Part shown: positions 1 through 13,764 of the stretch, piece by piece | Position numbering within the stretch: position 1 is the first letter of the stretch | How the letters are laid out: every line of letters begins with the position of its first letter | DNA from: Octopus vulgaris | Taxonomy: Eukaryota | Length of the DNA: 64,000 bases | Assembly: GCA_951406725.2 (NCBI GenBank) | Contig: OX597831.1 | Span: forward strand, 71,486,001-71,550,000 | Direction of reading: 5' to 3' | The notes under the pieces: generated by a model | Databases searched by the model: none | Seen by the model: only the letters and a program-made list of their open reading frames with translations | What the model was told of the DNA's origin: nothing | Program-made: the position numbers and the translations under genes

Positions 1-79
1 CTGTGCCAAGTTTCGTTGCTCTACTGCTATGGGAAGTGGGTTAGGGGCATTACTTATTGAACGCCCCTCGTACATACAT

Positions 80-556
80 GTTTTGTCTTGCTATCAAAGA
101 TGGACTACAGTAAATATTCTGCTCGATACCATAGATTTGTTTGTCAGTTGCTTCACCTTAATCAGTTGAGCATGTCCCTTAGCGGCTAATGACATGTGCA
201 TCTCTGATCATGAGCAGAAGTAGTTGGGGAGCATCGTAGCCATGTGTTGAGAGGGATTCTTTGGGGTTTGAATAATTCACCTCTGGAAACGTTTGTATTT
301 CATTCAACATCCTTAAACAAACCTTACTCAGGGACCTTTTGAGTGAGATGAGCAACTCAACCTGAAGAAAATTCTGAGCCCTACCTGCAAGGTCATGCGC
401 TGTTTACTTTAATATGAGATCACCATGTCACACACATATGGTTGTAATGCATGTGCCTAATGTACCCTTATCAGACAGTTAGTCATGATGGGTATACTGG
501 GTTTCATATATTTGTACCCCAGTGTCACTTTGGTGGCATGCATTGCTCTCTTACTC
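80..556. mobile_element. Interspersed repeat ending in (AAT)n; second partial copy at ~25600-25866
   Basis: aaagatggactacagtaaatattctgctc...gagcagaagtagttggggagcatcgtagccat recurs near-identically at 25719-25866. Both copies abut (AAT)n tracts. Confidence 0.6.
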
Positions 557-603
<47 letters not shown>

Positions 604-644
604 TAATAATAATGTTAATAATAGTTATTGCTAGCATCGCTACT

Positions 645-872
645 ACCTATTTCTTTATTACCCACAAGGGGCTAAACATAAATGGGACAAACAAGGACAG
701 ACATAGGTATTAAGTCGATTACATCGACCCCAGTGCGTAACTGCTACTTATTTAATCGACCCCGAAAGGATGAAAGGTAAAGTTGACCTCGGCGGAATTT
801 GAACTCACAATGTAACGACAGACGAAATACCGCTAAGCATTTCACCCGGCGTGCTAACGTTTCTGCCAGCTC
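645..872 (-). mobile_element. tRNA-derived SINE family B (central gtcgactttgcctttcatcctttcggggtcgat domain)
   Basis: tRNA-like head with B box gagttcaaattcc on - strand. Other copies at ~17286-17518(-), 25350-25537(-), 37675-37891(+), 58066-58290(-), 59546-59773(-), 63770-63990(+), plus decayed ones. Confidence 0.85.
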
Positions 873-1540
873 GTTGTTGTTAGTCAGTGAAATTACAAAA
901 GCAATAAAGCACTAGAATAAAGGCTTTGTGATATTTAGTTACATCACTTTGGAAGCTGAGTTCAAGTCCTACAAGGACTAACTTTGCTTTCAGTCACTCC
1001 CTAAGTTTTCAGTAAGGCTGGAATGGCAGTGCCTATGACCCTTTACAGGGCTTTCCAAGATTAATGGGAAGGAGGCAGGAGAGGGTTCTCAAACAAGAAA
1101 CTTAGCCTGAATGCAAGCAGCAACATGATGTCAAGTGAAGGCACACGAGGATCAGATGGCAAATGCAATTTGAATTCAGAATGCAAAGATCCAGAACAGA
1201 TATTGCAAGGTATCATGTTCAACACTAATAATTCTGCCAGTCCACTGTCCCAGGCTAATTATTTATTAATCCTGCAAAAAACCACAAGATGACCTCGGCT
1301 AGCACCTGGAACAAATCCTAAGCATTAAATTTCAAACTAATTCATCACGATAGGTTGATAAAAGAATAAACAAATCCTGAGCTAAATCAATTAGTTATAC
1401 TTGCTTGATTCTCTATAAATTTCTCACTTTTTACCAATGGTAGAAATCTTTATTGCTATCTGAGAGCAGTAGAGAAAATGGTATTTAATTCTTGGCATTT
1501 TGCCAACAGTAGGAATCCTTATTTTCTGCAGTGCACTTAA

Positions 1541-1890
1541 CATCATCATCATCATCATCATCATCATCGTTTAACGTCCACTTTCCATGCTAGCATGGGT
1601 TGGACGGTTCAACTGGGGTCTGGGAAGCCAGAAGGCTGCACCAGGCCAGTCAGATCTGGCAGTGTTTCTACAGCTGGATGCCCTTCCTAACGCCAACCAC
1701 TCCGTGAGTGTAGTGGGTGCTTTTTATGTGCCACCGACACAGGTGCCAGACGAGGCTGGTGAACGGCCATGCTCGGATGGTGTTTTTTATGTGCTACCAA
1801 CACAGGTGCCAGACGAGGCTGGCGAACGGCCACACTCGGATGGTGTTTGTTACGTGCCACCAGCACGGAGGCCAGTCGATGTGGTACTGG
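1541..1890 (-). mobile_element. RTE-type LINE 3' UTR fragment with (GAT)n tail
   Basis: Shares ...ggcgttaggaagggcatccagctgtag...ggacgttaaacgatgatgatg with the longer copy at 12646-13432. Contains ~60-bp internal tandem repeats. Confidence 0.75.
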
Positions 1891-1960
1891 ATGATATTAA
1901 TTTCATTCCTTATTCCCTGTGAGCCTGTAAGCTCAAACTCCATAGAAATGATAACATGGT

Positions 1961-2090
1961 GTATAAAGAAATCATCATCGTCATCGTTGTTTAACATCCG
2001 CTTTCCATGCTGGCATGGGTTGGACGGTTTACCAGCATGGAAAGCGGATGTTAAACGACAACGATGATGATGATGATGGTTTCTTTATAC
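1961..2090. repeat. Near-perfect fold-back hairpin of an RTE tail plus flank
   Basis: gtataaagaaa-tcatcatcg...ccatgctgg / ccagcatgg...gatgatgg-tttctttatac around an 18-nt loop. Confidence 0.85.
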
Positions 2091-2911
2091 GAAAACATAT
2101 AACCCACCATGGGACTTTGAGTCACATCCATAACTTGTGCTCTAGTTTGGTGGGTCAAAAGGCAGTAAATCTAGTGGAATCAGTACTTCCCTAAGTTATT
2201 GATTATTTGTAATTGGAGACTAGAGACTCACCCTAAAATCAAAGTTGTATAATAACCTTAGATTAGAAAGAAATTACAATCCTTTAATGGTGCTCACATA
2301 CCAGCGATATACTTAATGCTCTCCTTAACAAAAATTGCCATTATTATCTTGAAGAAATAGAAGATAAATTTAACCAACCAAAAAGAAATGACAAGACCAG
2401 AGTTTTGGCAGCACCAAGCATTAGAAATATCTAAGACATTTGGAATGATTGTCTAGTGCCTGACTCATCTCCTACTTCCATATATTGAACCTTGTCAAAT
2501 AATAAATATCTCTTATCATCCTCATTGTTATTAATTAGCAGTCTTCAACATTAAGACATAAATGACTTTTATACAAAACATTTATTTCATCAACATTATT
2601 CGTTGTCTGGCAAAGATCTTGTGGTATTTTCTGGGGAAATTAAAGAAACTTAAAAACAAAACATATTACTTGAGATTTTACTTTTCTTTCCGTTGTTTAT
2701 TTGATATTCTTGTGCTTCTATTCTTTTCCTTCTCTTTCCATCTCTTTTAATGTCACTCAATCGCAATTTGTTATTTAGTGTGCTTTCTGAAGAGACAGTG
2801 TTTTATATTTAAGTACTTGAATTTTTTAGGACTAAAATTGATCATGTTAGCCACTGTGACTGATTGAGAAAGAAAATAACCATTATTATAATTATTGTCA
2901 AAAATAGATAT

Positions 2912-4216
<1,305 letters not shown>

Positions 4217-4217
4217 T

Positions 4218-4252
<35 letters not shown>

Positions 4253-4711
4253 TTATTATTATTATTGCACTGGTGAGGCAAAAGTTATTGGCTGTTAGGC
4301 TAAATGACTTGATGCATTTATTTTACGTTGTTTTAGATCTTAAATTCAGCTCTCACTCAGATCAGCTGGGTGAGATAAAGTAAGGGCCAGTCAAACGCTG
4401 AGGTCATTTAAAGTTTGACGCCTTCTTGTTCCAGTAATAGACATCACCTTTATCATCATTAATGTTGTTAAAACAATAGAGAAACAGAAGTAGCATTGAG
4501 GTCAAATCCTTAAAATCCTTAAAAATGTTTTAGTCCGAAGGCCGCGGCCATGCTGGGGCACCACCGCTGTTTAGCCCGAAATTAAACATTTTCCCCTAAG
4601 AATTTGTCTGTAAATTCCAGGATTCTAGTAAAATGGTAATGGTCTTAGTTGGCAACAATAGCAGTTGGTTCAATAGCAGTGTTTGATAAGCTGAGTTACT
4701 CAGAGACGTCT

Positions 4712-5105
4712 TTTACTTGTTTCGGTTATTAGACTGTGGCCATGCTGGGGCATCACCTTGAAGAGTTTTTAGTCGAACAAATTGACCCCTGTACTTTTTT
4801 TTTTAAGCCTGGTACTTATTCTGTCAGTCACTTATGCTGAACCACTAAGTTATGGGGATATAAACACACCAACACTGATTGTCAAGTGGTGGTGGAGGGA
4901 TAATCACAGACACAAACACACACACACATACATCCAAACACATGATGGGCTTCTTTCAGTTTCTTTCTGCTAAATCCACTCACAAGGCTTTGGTTAACCC
5001 AAGGCCATAGTGGAAGACACCTGCCCAAGGTGTCACACAATGGGACTGAACCTAGAACCATGTGTTTGAGAAGCAAGCTTCTTACCACACAGCCACACCT
5101 ATGCC
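4712..5105 (-). mobile_element. SINE family A, diverged copy
   Basis: Reverse complement of the ~410-bp family A consensus (see 11660-12080). Confidence 0.8.
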
Positions 5106-5202
5106 TGTATAGAATAGATAATTAGGATTTTGTCATTTGCCTGACAGTGAGAAATGGAAAGAAAATGTTTTTGCTACCTGGACTGGAGACACCAGTGGCA
5201 AG

Positions 5203-5540
5203 TGGAGGCGCAATGGGCCCAGTGGTTAGGGCAGCGGACTCGCGGTCGGAGGATCGCGGTTCCGATTCCCAGACTGGGTGTTGTGTGTGTTTATTGAGCG
5301 TAAACACCTAAAGCTCCACAAGGCTCCAGCAGGGGGTGGTGATGACCCCTGTTGTACTCTTTCGCTCCAACTTTCTCTCACTCTTTCTTCCTGTTTCTTG
5401 TCCCCAACTTCCTACACAACCGCTGAGCCTGGATGCACATTCATCCATCCGGCGATGCTCTCGGTGTCGGGAGTTGACCTGCTTTCTCTTCTGCAGGTCT
5501 TACAAATGGCAAAGGACCACGTTTCAGACTTCTCCCACCT
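5203..5540 (+). mobile_element. tRNA-derived SINE family C
   Basis: Head ggaggcgcaatgggcccagtggttagggcagcggactcgcggtcgg...ggttccgattccc with A and B boxes. Related copies at ~5750-6060(-), 12293-12595(-), 20650-21031(-), 24543-25015(+), 60828-61635(+). Confidence 0.8.
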
Positions 5541-6401
5541 TGCGAGCTCTGGGACGAAGACCACTTCGCTCAACAAACAAACAAACAAACACCAGTGGCA
5601 ATAACATAAATTCACTGTCAGATAAAGGGCTAAGAATGAGCGTAGTAGTTATTGTTAGGGGAGAGCTGACATGATGTAGGTGTGAGAAAAAACAAGTGAG
5701 TAGAGACAGCTGGAAACCTGGCAGATCCAAGGAATAGATACTGATATAAGGAGCACTCTGCCAGTTACGACGACGAGGGTCCCAGCTGATACGATCAACG
5801 GAACAGCTTGCTTGTGAAATTAACGTGCAAGTGACTGAGCAATCCACAGACACATGTACCCCTAATGTAGCTCTCAGGGACAGTCAGCACGACAAGGCTG
5901 GCCCTTTGAAATACAGGAACAACTCACTTTTGCCAGCTGAGTGGTCTGGAGCAACGTGAAATAAAGTGTCTTGCTCAAGGACACAATGCGTCGCTGGGAA
6001 TTGAACTCACAACCTTACAATCGTGAGCCGAATGCCCTAACCACTAAGCCATACGCCTTAACTAGATACTGATATAGTAGTATTAGAAAAGTCAAGGAGG
6101 ATGCTGTAAGAGTGAAAGCATGTCTGTATCTTTATGTCAAGCATCAAAGTAGCCTTCCTTTGAGTGCGCAATAACTGCACCATCCCAGATATGAGAGCAG
6201 TATTCTGCTATGGGGCTCACATGAGCTTTGTAGAGGGTTGGAAGTTGTGGAGAGGAGGTTGAAGAATATTCTGGTCCTGAAGAGGAAGACTAACCTTGTA
6301 TACTTTCATACTTACACAGGCAAGCAGCAAACACCTTGAACTGCTTCTAACTAAAGGTTTGTGACCTTGTACCAAGAAATCATTGCTACTGTTATTGCTA
6401 G

Positions 6402-6435
<34 letters not shown>

Positions 6436-7150
6436 TCATCACCTTAGGCACATTTTTTTTTTAATTTATGTCTTTAGCATTGATTTATTTATTTACTTGG
6501 AAAAAGAAAAAAGATTTTCTACAATTTTCTTTTTCTTTTTCTTTTTGCAAAAATCAGAAAGAAAAAACAGAACAAATATTGATTCCTTTCTTTAACACAA
6601 GATTTACTGGAATTTGGATAGAGGTTGTGTGCTATTCCCTTTTTGTAGCATTTAGTAATGTAAATCTAGTGAGACCACTACATTTGGCAACTAGAAGCAT
6701 TCGGTAGTGTGAGATATGGCTCTACCATGTCTGCACTGCTGTCTACTCTGATTTCTACTAGCAGGGAAATTACAAGTGCTAGAGAGATAAAAATCCCTAA
6801 TTAATTCAACCAGAGAAAGTAAATTATGAGAACAAGTGAATGCTTCAAAATTCTGCAGTTGAAGCTGGAATTGAAATAGAAAAAAATATATACTTTTCCC
6901 TGCTACTCTTATTGTCTTTCTAACTCATCCCCCTACTCCACCCATGCTCATTACCATTGATTTCTCTTCCCCACAACATGTCTTTCTAACACCTCATCTC
7001 CTTCGATCTGTCTCCCACTCTGCTTTTGCAATCTCATGAACTTTGTCCACTCCTAGGCTTCACTTTAAGCACTTCCCTGTAACTTGAGTGTACACCCCAT
7101 CGTAGCCACTACACAGTCTTTATTTTCTCTCCTTGTTTCTTTCTGTGTTC

Positions 7151-7186
7151 CTTTCTGCAGAAGAGCGTAGGCTCGAAACGTTAAAG
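7151..7186 (+). ncRNA. Minimal type I hammerhead ribozyme-like motif (A6C core variant)
   Basis: cttt-CTGCAGA-A-gagc(gtag)gctc-GAAA-CGTT-aaag: stem I cttt/aaag, stem II gagc/gctc, palindromic ACGT stem III as in Penelope-like element hammerheads. Confidence 0.55.
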
Positions 7187-7279
7187 ACTTTTTCACTTCC
7201 CGAGCATTAAGCTAATACATCTGTTTGTTGTTTACACCACCTGTCTTCAAGTTTTATTTTTTTGTGAATTCTCCCTATA

Positions 7280-7487
7280 TAATGTGACCTCGTGTGTACC
7301 ATTGGTGATTTTTTTTCCTCTGTCTTCCCTTCTCTGGATCTTTCCTTCTCCTATGTTTCTGACGAAGCGCTCTGCTCGAAACGTTAAACCCTCCTTCTTT
7401 CCTTCTTTCCTGAGCGTCCAATAATACTATATCTGCTCCACGTCCTCGCGTTGTTGTGTTTTTTTGTGCTTCCTTGTTTGTATTAAC

Positions 7488-7490
<3 letters not shown>
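7280..7490 (+). mobile_element. Penelope-like pseudo-LTR fragment carrying a hammerhead motif, next to (TA)n
   Basis: The same ~200-bp sequence occurs inverted at ~17897-18100 and ~31773-31955, each bordered by (TA)n. Confidence 0.7.
7355..7389 (+). ncRNA. Minimal type I hammerhead ribozyme motif (canonical CUGACGA core)
   Basis: gttt-CTGACGA-A-gcgc(tct)gctc-GAAA-CGTT-aaac. One stem II mismatch relative to sister copies (gagc). Confidence 0.7.
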
Positions 7491-7528
<38 letters not shown>

Positions 7529-7945
7529 TACTGAGGTAAGCCATGTGTTTCCTCTACAGCAAGACACCTGTTTCTGCCCCACTATTCATAGACTAACCTC
7601 TCAACACCTGGCACAAAAGTCCTTACCCCTCATTTGAGGGATCTTGTCTTGCAGCTCATTCGATGACCTCACTGCTGCTTGTGATCACACCCAATACACT
7701 CTGTAAGGTGGTTGGCATGTGGAATGGCATCCTGCCATATAAACCATGCCAGTGCAGAGAGAAGAGCTTGGCACGCATTTCTGATTTTTGACGGTTCCTG
7801 TCAGACCGTCCAGCCCATGCCAGCATGGAAGGAGGATGTTAAAGGATGAAGATGACGACAACAGTATTCTACTTGGATGTCATTAAAACAAAAGTAATAA
7901 TGAAATAAGAAAGCTATACATGATAGATGTTGCATTTATGCATTA

Positions 7946-8755
7946 GGCACAGGAGTGGCTCTGTGGGAAGAAGCTTGTTGCTTCCCAACCATATAGTTCC
8001 GGGTTCAGTCCCACTGCATTGCACCTTGGGCAAGTGTCTTCTACTATAGCTGACCAAAGCCTTGTGAGTGGATTTGGTAGATGGAAACTGTAAGAAGCCT
8101 GTTGTATATACATATATATAATGTATATGTATACATGTATGTATTTGTGTGTCTGTGTTTCCCCCACCACCACCACCACCATAGCTTAACAACCAATGTT
8201 GGTGTGTTTACATCCCCATAAATCAGTGGTTCAGCAGTAGAGATCGATAGAATAATTATTAAGCTTACAAAGAATAAGTCCTGGGGTTGATTTGTTCAAC
8301 TAAAGGCAGTGTTCCAGCATGGCCACAGCCAAGTGACTGAAACCAGTAAAAAAGTACTCTCCCATTTTTGGACACATTTATTTTTAGTGTCTGTGTGGTA
8401 AGTAGCTTACTAACCAACCACATGGTTGCGGGTTCAGTCCCACTGCGTGGCATCTTGGGCAAGTGTCTTCTGCTATAGCCCCGGGCTGACCAATGCCTTG
8501 TGAATGGATTTGGTAGACGGAAACTGAAAGAAGCCTGTCGTATATATGTATGTGTGTGTGTGTTTGTCCCCCTAGCATTGCTTGACAACCGATGCTGGTG
8601 TGTTTACGTCCCTGTCACTTAGTGGTTCGGCAAAAGAGACCGATAGAATAAGTACTGGGCTTACAAAAGAATAAGTCCCGGGGTCAAGTTGCTCGATTAA
8701 AGGCGGTGCTCCAGCATGGCCGCAGTCAAATGACTGAAACAAGTAAAAAAGAGTA
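7946..8755 (+). mobile_element. Two tandem SINE family A copies (7946-8355, 8388-8755)
   Basis: Both match the family A consensus; the first is more diverged. Confidence 0.85.
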
Positions 8756-9180
8756 ACAAATTCCTGTTATAATATCACAAAATGTAGCTGAGCACTGACC
8801 CCTTTCAGTGAACTGAACCACATTCAATTGGGTCCAGAATTGAATTAATGAGAGAGCATAGAAGCAGGGTCACAAAAAAAAAAATCTCAAAAATATCCAC
8901 CCTCTCAATGGTTGAATAATTTACCAGATTAGTTGATACCCTGAAGTATTAACCCTCATCCATATTCCTAATTACAATGTTATTGGTATTTCTAATTATA
9001 TGTTGTTTTTTTAAACCAGATCTTACAGGTATTATGGTTGTAGCTATTGTTTTTGTAAAACATTTTTGCTTTTCTTAATTTTTTTTTTTTTCTTTAATGT
9101 TGATGGTTTTTGTTGCCTTTCTATTTTTTTTTTCTTTTTAAATATATTTTTTACTGATACATCATCATCTTTTCTTCCAG

Positions 9181-9263
9181 GCTGGAAACCAAGAAGAACA
9201 ATCGTATTTTGTTCATGGGGAGGGGAAGAACAGGGTCTTATTGGCTCTACAGAATGGGTTGAG
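9181..9263 (+). CDS. Internal coding exon of a glutamate carboxypeptidase II / NAALADase-like M28B peptidase (catalytic EE exon)
   Basis: Polypyrimidine tract + cag acceptor ending 9180, gtaagt donor at 9264. 83 bp, phase 1 to 0, encodes (G)[27 protein letters not shown], matching GCPII [28 protein letters not shown] with the catalytic/Zn-binding EE intact. Confidence 0.95.
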
Positions 9264-9866
9264 GTAAGTACATTTTACATACACACACATACACACTCAC
9301 ACTCACACACACACTTAGGATCTTTTCGGTTTGACAGTTGAGAGCAATAAAACACTGCGCTGAAATCTATTCAAAAACATTGAGAGTAAAGACAACAAAT
9401 GGAGCCTAAAATAAAGCCCCATCAAACATCATTTACTCAGTCTTGATCACATAGAAAAACAAAACAGTACTTTATAGGTATTACGATATATTTACATTCA
9501 CACATAACAGAAATTGGTTGATAAATTGGCTTATAAATTGTCGTATGAATTTACATAGTAATGCAATAATTAGCGAAGTAAATGAGTTAATAACAAAATA
9601 AACAAACTAGTTTAAATCAGTGTGAGTAAGCTGTTTAAAATGACTGAATATATAATACTATGCTCTATTGGACTATATCCGAGTAATACTCATTAAAGTT
9701 TATTTCTATTTTCCAAATGAAATGATATATTTTAACTGTGTATAACCATCACCCGCACAACACGTGTAAGCATGCTCGCCGCATTACGATCCAATCAACA
9801 TCAGACTATTTCCGTCCCCAACCAGCATGCGCAAAAAAAAAAGGGAAAATAAATTAAATAATACCC

Positions 9867-10291
9867 GGGATCTTTTCGGTTTGAACGGCAGTTTTTAACA
9901 TAATTTCTAGGTAAATAAAATAAAAAATTTTAAACTTCGTATACTGGTAGAATGTGTTTATAAAACATCTTTTTCTCTTGGCTTTATTGAGAAAATTCTA
10001 TAGTTTGTAAGATATTTGGTCTTTAATTTCTTCAATTTCTGCAATTTCAACCAATCAATGACCGTCTATTGAGGTGAAAACATTTTATGCCGTATGAATA
10101 TGTCCCTCGTTTAAGAAACAGATTGAGTTTATTTATATTTGCGATGAAAAAAAAGATACCCTTCCCCCCACCCCTAACCCTAACCCTAAAATAGATTGAA
10201 ATGCAATAGATCAATACTAGGCTCATAATTATGGGTGACAATTTCATATGACACTGCTAGAAAAAACTGCCGTTCAAACCGAAACGGTCCC
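9867..10291. mobile_element. MITE / non-autonomous DNA transposon with ~30-bp TIRs
   Basis: gggatcttttcggtttgaacggcagttttt (9867) versus aaaaaactgccgttcaaaccgaaacggtccc (ends 10291). Internal (ccctaa)3. A further left-end-like copy ggatcttttcggtttga at 9318. Confidence 0.8.
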
Positions 10292-10301
10292 ACATCTATA
10301 T

Positions 10302-10459
10302 GAGTGGCTGTATGGTAAGTAGCTTGCTAACCAACCACATGGTTCCGGGTTCAGTCCCACTGTGTGGCATCTTGGGCAAGTGTCTTCTGCTATAGCCCTG
10401 GGCCGACCAATGCCTTGTGAGTGGATTTGGTAGACGGAAACTGAAAGAAGCCTGTCGTA

Positions 10460-10506
<47 letters not shown>

Positions 10507-10690
10507 TTGTCCCCCTAGCATTGCTTGACAACCGATGCTGGTGTGTTTACGTCCCCGTCAGCTAGCGGTTCGGCAAAAGAGACCGATAGAATAAGTACTG
10601 GGCTTACAAAGAATAAGTCCTGGGGTCGATTTGCTCCAGCATGGCCACAGTCAAATGACTGAAACAAGTAAAAGAGTAAAAGAGTAAAGA
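10302..10690 (+). mobile_element. SINE family A
   Basis: Matches family A consensus. Confidence 0.85.
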
Positions 10691-11104
10691 GTATACACAT
10701 ATATGCATGCTTAAATATAATCATACATTTCCATTGCATTTGAAAAATGATCTTGTCAGTCTTAACACATGATGAATGCACCATCTTCAGTTAGTCTTTC
10801 AAGAAACTTATCAACTCAGTTGAAATCCACTCTATGCTGACTATTAGTAGTGAAATTGTGTGTATGAATAGTAAACCTACCTATATGCTTTGTCCTTCCC
10901 CTCTTCTTTCTTTCACGATCACAGCAGTTCCCCCCTTGTCCTGAATGGTGTTGTTTTTGCAGTCCCAACAGCCAATGCATCTCTGTCCCTCCTCCTTCCA
11001 TTATTTCTATTGCATTATACTCCTGCTAAACCTCAACATTACAATACTCTTTGTTCCTTCAAGCCTCTGGAATCCTCTCACCCAACATCATGCTATTATC
11101 CCAA

Positions 11105-11513
11105 TTCTACTATATGGCTCAGAAACCTGGACGTTATCAAAGAAGCTTGAGAGGTGATTGGATGGAACCTAAACTCGCCTCCTTATGAGAGCTCAAAATC
11201 TCTCATGGAAGCGCCATCCAACCAAAATGCAAATATATGGGAAACTACCACCTGTGTCATCTCTTGTGAAAGGTAGGAGAGTCCAGTTTGCTGGACATTG
11301 TTGTAGAGCTGAAGAAGAGGTAATTTCTACTCTTCTCCTCTGGAAGTCTTCTACTCGCAATACCAGAGGCAGCACACTCTCTTACCCTGATGTAATCTCC
11401 AGGGATACAGGCATCCAGCAACAGGACCTCCGTAATGCCATGATGGACCATGAAGTCTGGTGTAGCATGGTAAATTCCATTGTCTCGACCACGGTCAAAC
11501 AATGATGATGATG
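11105..11513 (+). mobile_element. 5'-truncated RTE-clade LINE (ORF C-terminus, (TGA)n tail) with TSD
   Basis: LLYGSETWTLSKKLER...DLRNAMMDHEVWCSMVNSIVSTTVKQ* then tgatgatg. Direct repeat attatcccaa at 11095-11104 and 11514-11523. In-frame stops. Confidence 0.9.
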
Positions 11514-11659
11514 ATTATCCCAACATACATCAACCTCACTAACGTCAGTCTGTACAGGTCATGGCCTCTACTCCTCTTCCACTCCCTCTATAATCTATGA
11601 TAATTATGACCAGTGAATTTGTCAGCCTTCCAGATATTCTCCCATACCATGTATACACA

Positions 11660-12080
11660 GGCGCAGGGGTGGCTGCGTGGTAAGTAGCTTGCTAACCAAC
11701 CACATGGTTCCGGGTTCCGGGTTCAGTCCCACTGTGTAGCACCTTGGGCAAGTGTCTTCTGCTATAGCCCCGGGCCGACCAATGCCTTGTGAGTGGATTT
11801 GGTAGACAGAAACTGAAAGAAGCCTGTCGTATATATGTATATATATATATATATATATTTATGTATATGTGTGCGTGTATGTGTGTCTGTGTTTGTCCCC
11901 CTAGCATTGCTTGACAACCGATGCTGGTGTGTTTATGTCCCCGTCACTTAGCGGTTCGGCAAAAGAGACCGTTAGAATAAGTACTGGGCTTACAAAGAAT
12001 AAGTCCCGGGGTCGAGTTGCTCGATTAAAGGCAGTGCTCCAGCATGGCCGCAGTCAAATGACCGAAACAAGTAAAAGAGA
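11660..12080 (+). mobile_element. SINE family A (tRNA head, CORE-like ccttgggcaagt segment, internal TA/TG microsatellite, (aaagagt)n tail)
   Basis: ggcgcagg.gtggctg.gtggtaagtagcttgc...ggttcagtcccactg. About 16 copies in the window. Confidence 0.9.
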
Positions 12081-12645
12081 GAAAGAGAGATATACTCACT
12101 CACTCTCTCTCTCTCTCTCTTTTCTTTCTCTTTCTCTGTCTATCTCTCACTCTTTCTCTTTCTCTCACATATGTATGTATATGTATCAGTCCTACTGTGT
12201 AATTTCTACTATAACCCTTCGTTGACCAAAGTCTTGTGAATGAATTTGGTAGATGGAAACTACCATATTTATATAGATATAGATATATATATCACGTGAT
12301 CACGTGACCGACCAGACCATCAGATGTTGTTACACATCGCTGGTCACAATGTGTTCGCATTGTTTTAGCCTTCGAATGACGCCACCCCGCTGGCTAAGCG
12401 AGCAGGCCAACAGAAGAAAGAGTGGGAGAAAGAGTGGTGAAAGAGTACAGCAGGGATCACCACCCCCTGCCGGAGCCTTGTGGAGCTTTTAAGTGTTTTC
12501 GCTCAATAAACACACACAACGTACGGTCTGGGAATCGAAACCACGATCCTGTAACTGCGAGTCCGCTGCCCTAACCACTGGGCCATTGCGCCTCAACATA
12601 TAGATATATATATATATATACACATACACACACATATATATATGG

Positions 12646-13432
12646 CGAGAATGGATGAAGATAGGTGTGTGAAAAAGTGCCAATCCCTAGCAGTGGAAGG
12701 AACCCGTGGAAGAGGTAGACCCAGGAAAACTTTGGACAAGGTGGTGAAGCAGACCTTCGAACTTTAGGTCTCACTGAGGAAATGACCAGCAACCGAGACC
12801 TTTGGAAATTTGCTGTGCGTGAAAAGACCAGGCAGGACAAGTGAGTCCAGCCCACTTATGCATACCTTTCCTCCCTTGGACACACAAAGACCTGTTGAGG
12901 CAAGCGAAGTCGATATCGAACTTCATCCGACGACAGGCATCTATGCCTACCCCCCTTTGCTTGCGAAGACCTGTTGGGGCAAGTGAAATCGGAATCGAAA
13001 TTGAACCAATCCTATGACTGGCACCCGGCAGATGCCAGGACCCCTGGACTGGAGATACGTAAAAAGCACTATCCGAATCGTGGACGATGCCAGCACCGCT
13101 TCGACTGGCTTCCATGTCGTTGGCACGTAAAAAGCACCATCCGAATCGTGGCCGAAGCCAGTACCGCCTCGACTGGCTTCCGTGCAGGTGGCACGTAAAA
13201 TGCACCAATCTGACCGTGGCCGATGCCAGCCTCGCCTGGCACCAGTGCAGGTGGCACATTAAAAGCACCCACTACACTCTCGGAGTGGTTGGCGTTAGGA
13301 AGGGCATCCAGCTGTAGAAACTTTGCCAGATAAGACCGGAGCCTGGTGCAGCCTTCTGGCTTCCCAGATCCCCGGTCAAACCGTCCAACCCATGCTAGCA
13401 TGGAGAACGGACGTTAAACGATGATGATGATG
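12646..13432 (+). mobile_element. RTE LINE 3' end: ORF C-terminus plus tandemly repeated 3' UTR and (GAT)n tail
   Basis: QSLAVEGTRGRGRPRKTLDKVVK motif, then ~58-bp repeats of gtggcacgtaaaaagcacc..., ending ggacgttaaacgatgatgatg. Confidence 0.85.
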
Positions 13433-13764
13433 ATATATATATATATAAATATGTTTGTACACATATATATAGAAGAGATATATATGGGGTGGCTGGGTAT
13501 TTGTACATACCCTTGCCCTGACATCATGTGATCATTGCAAACAAGCATTATCATGCAAGCAGTTTTAGTTGTTTCAAGTCTTGTGTAAAAAAAGAAGTCT
13601 GGCCATGGGGAAATATTTCCTTGTTTGGTAACAGGTGAGGGTTGGTGACGGAAGAGCGTCCAGCCGTAGAAAATGGACTTTGGTCAATTCTGTCTGACGT
13701 TGATATTTATGTGTGGATGTGTGTATGTATGTTATATTTGTATTCACATATACATGTATTGTAT

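Noticed and set aside
5203-5280. tRNA genes (also the heads of SINE families A, B and C)
   Set aside because: A/B boxes are present, but acceptor stems are incomplete and each continues into a repeated SINE body.
8265-8588. Recurrent short ORFs such as MSSNARGTN... / MLGGQT...
   Set aside because: Antisense translations of SINE family A copies.
10171-10188. Interstitial telomere
   Set aside because: Only three CCCTAA units, inside a MITE.
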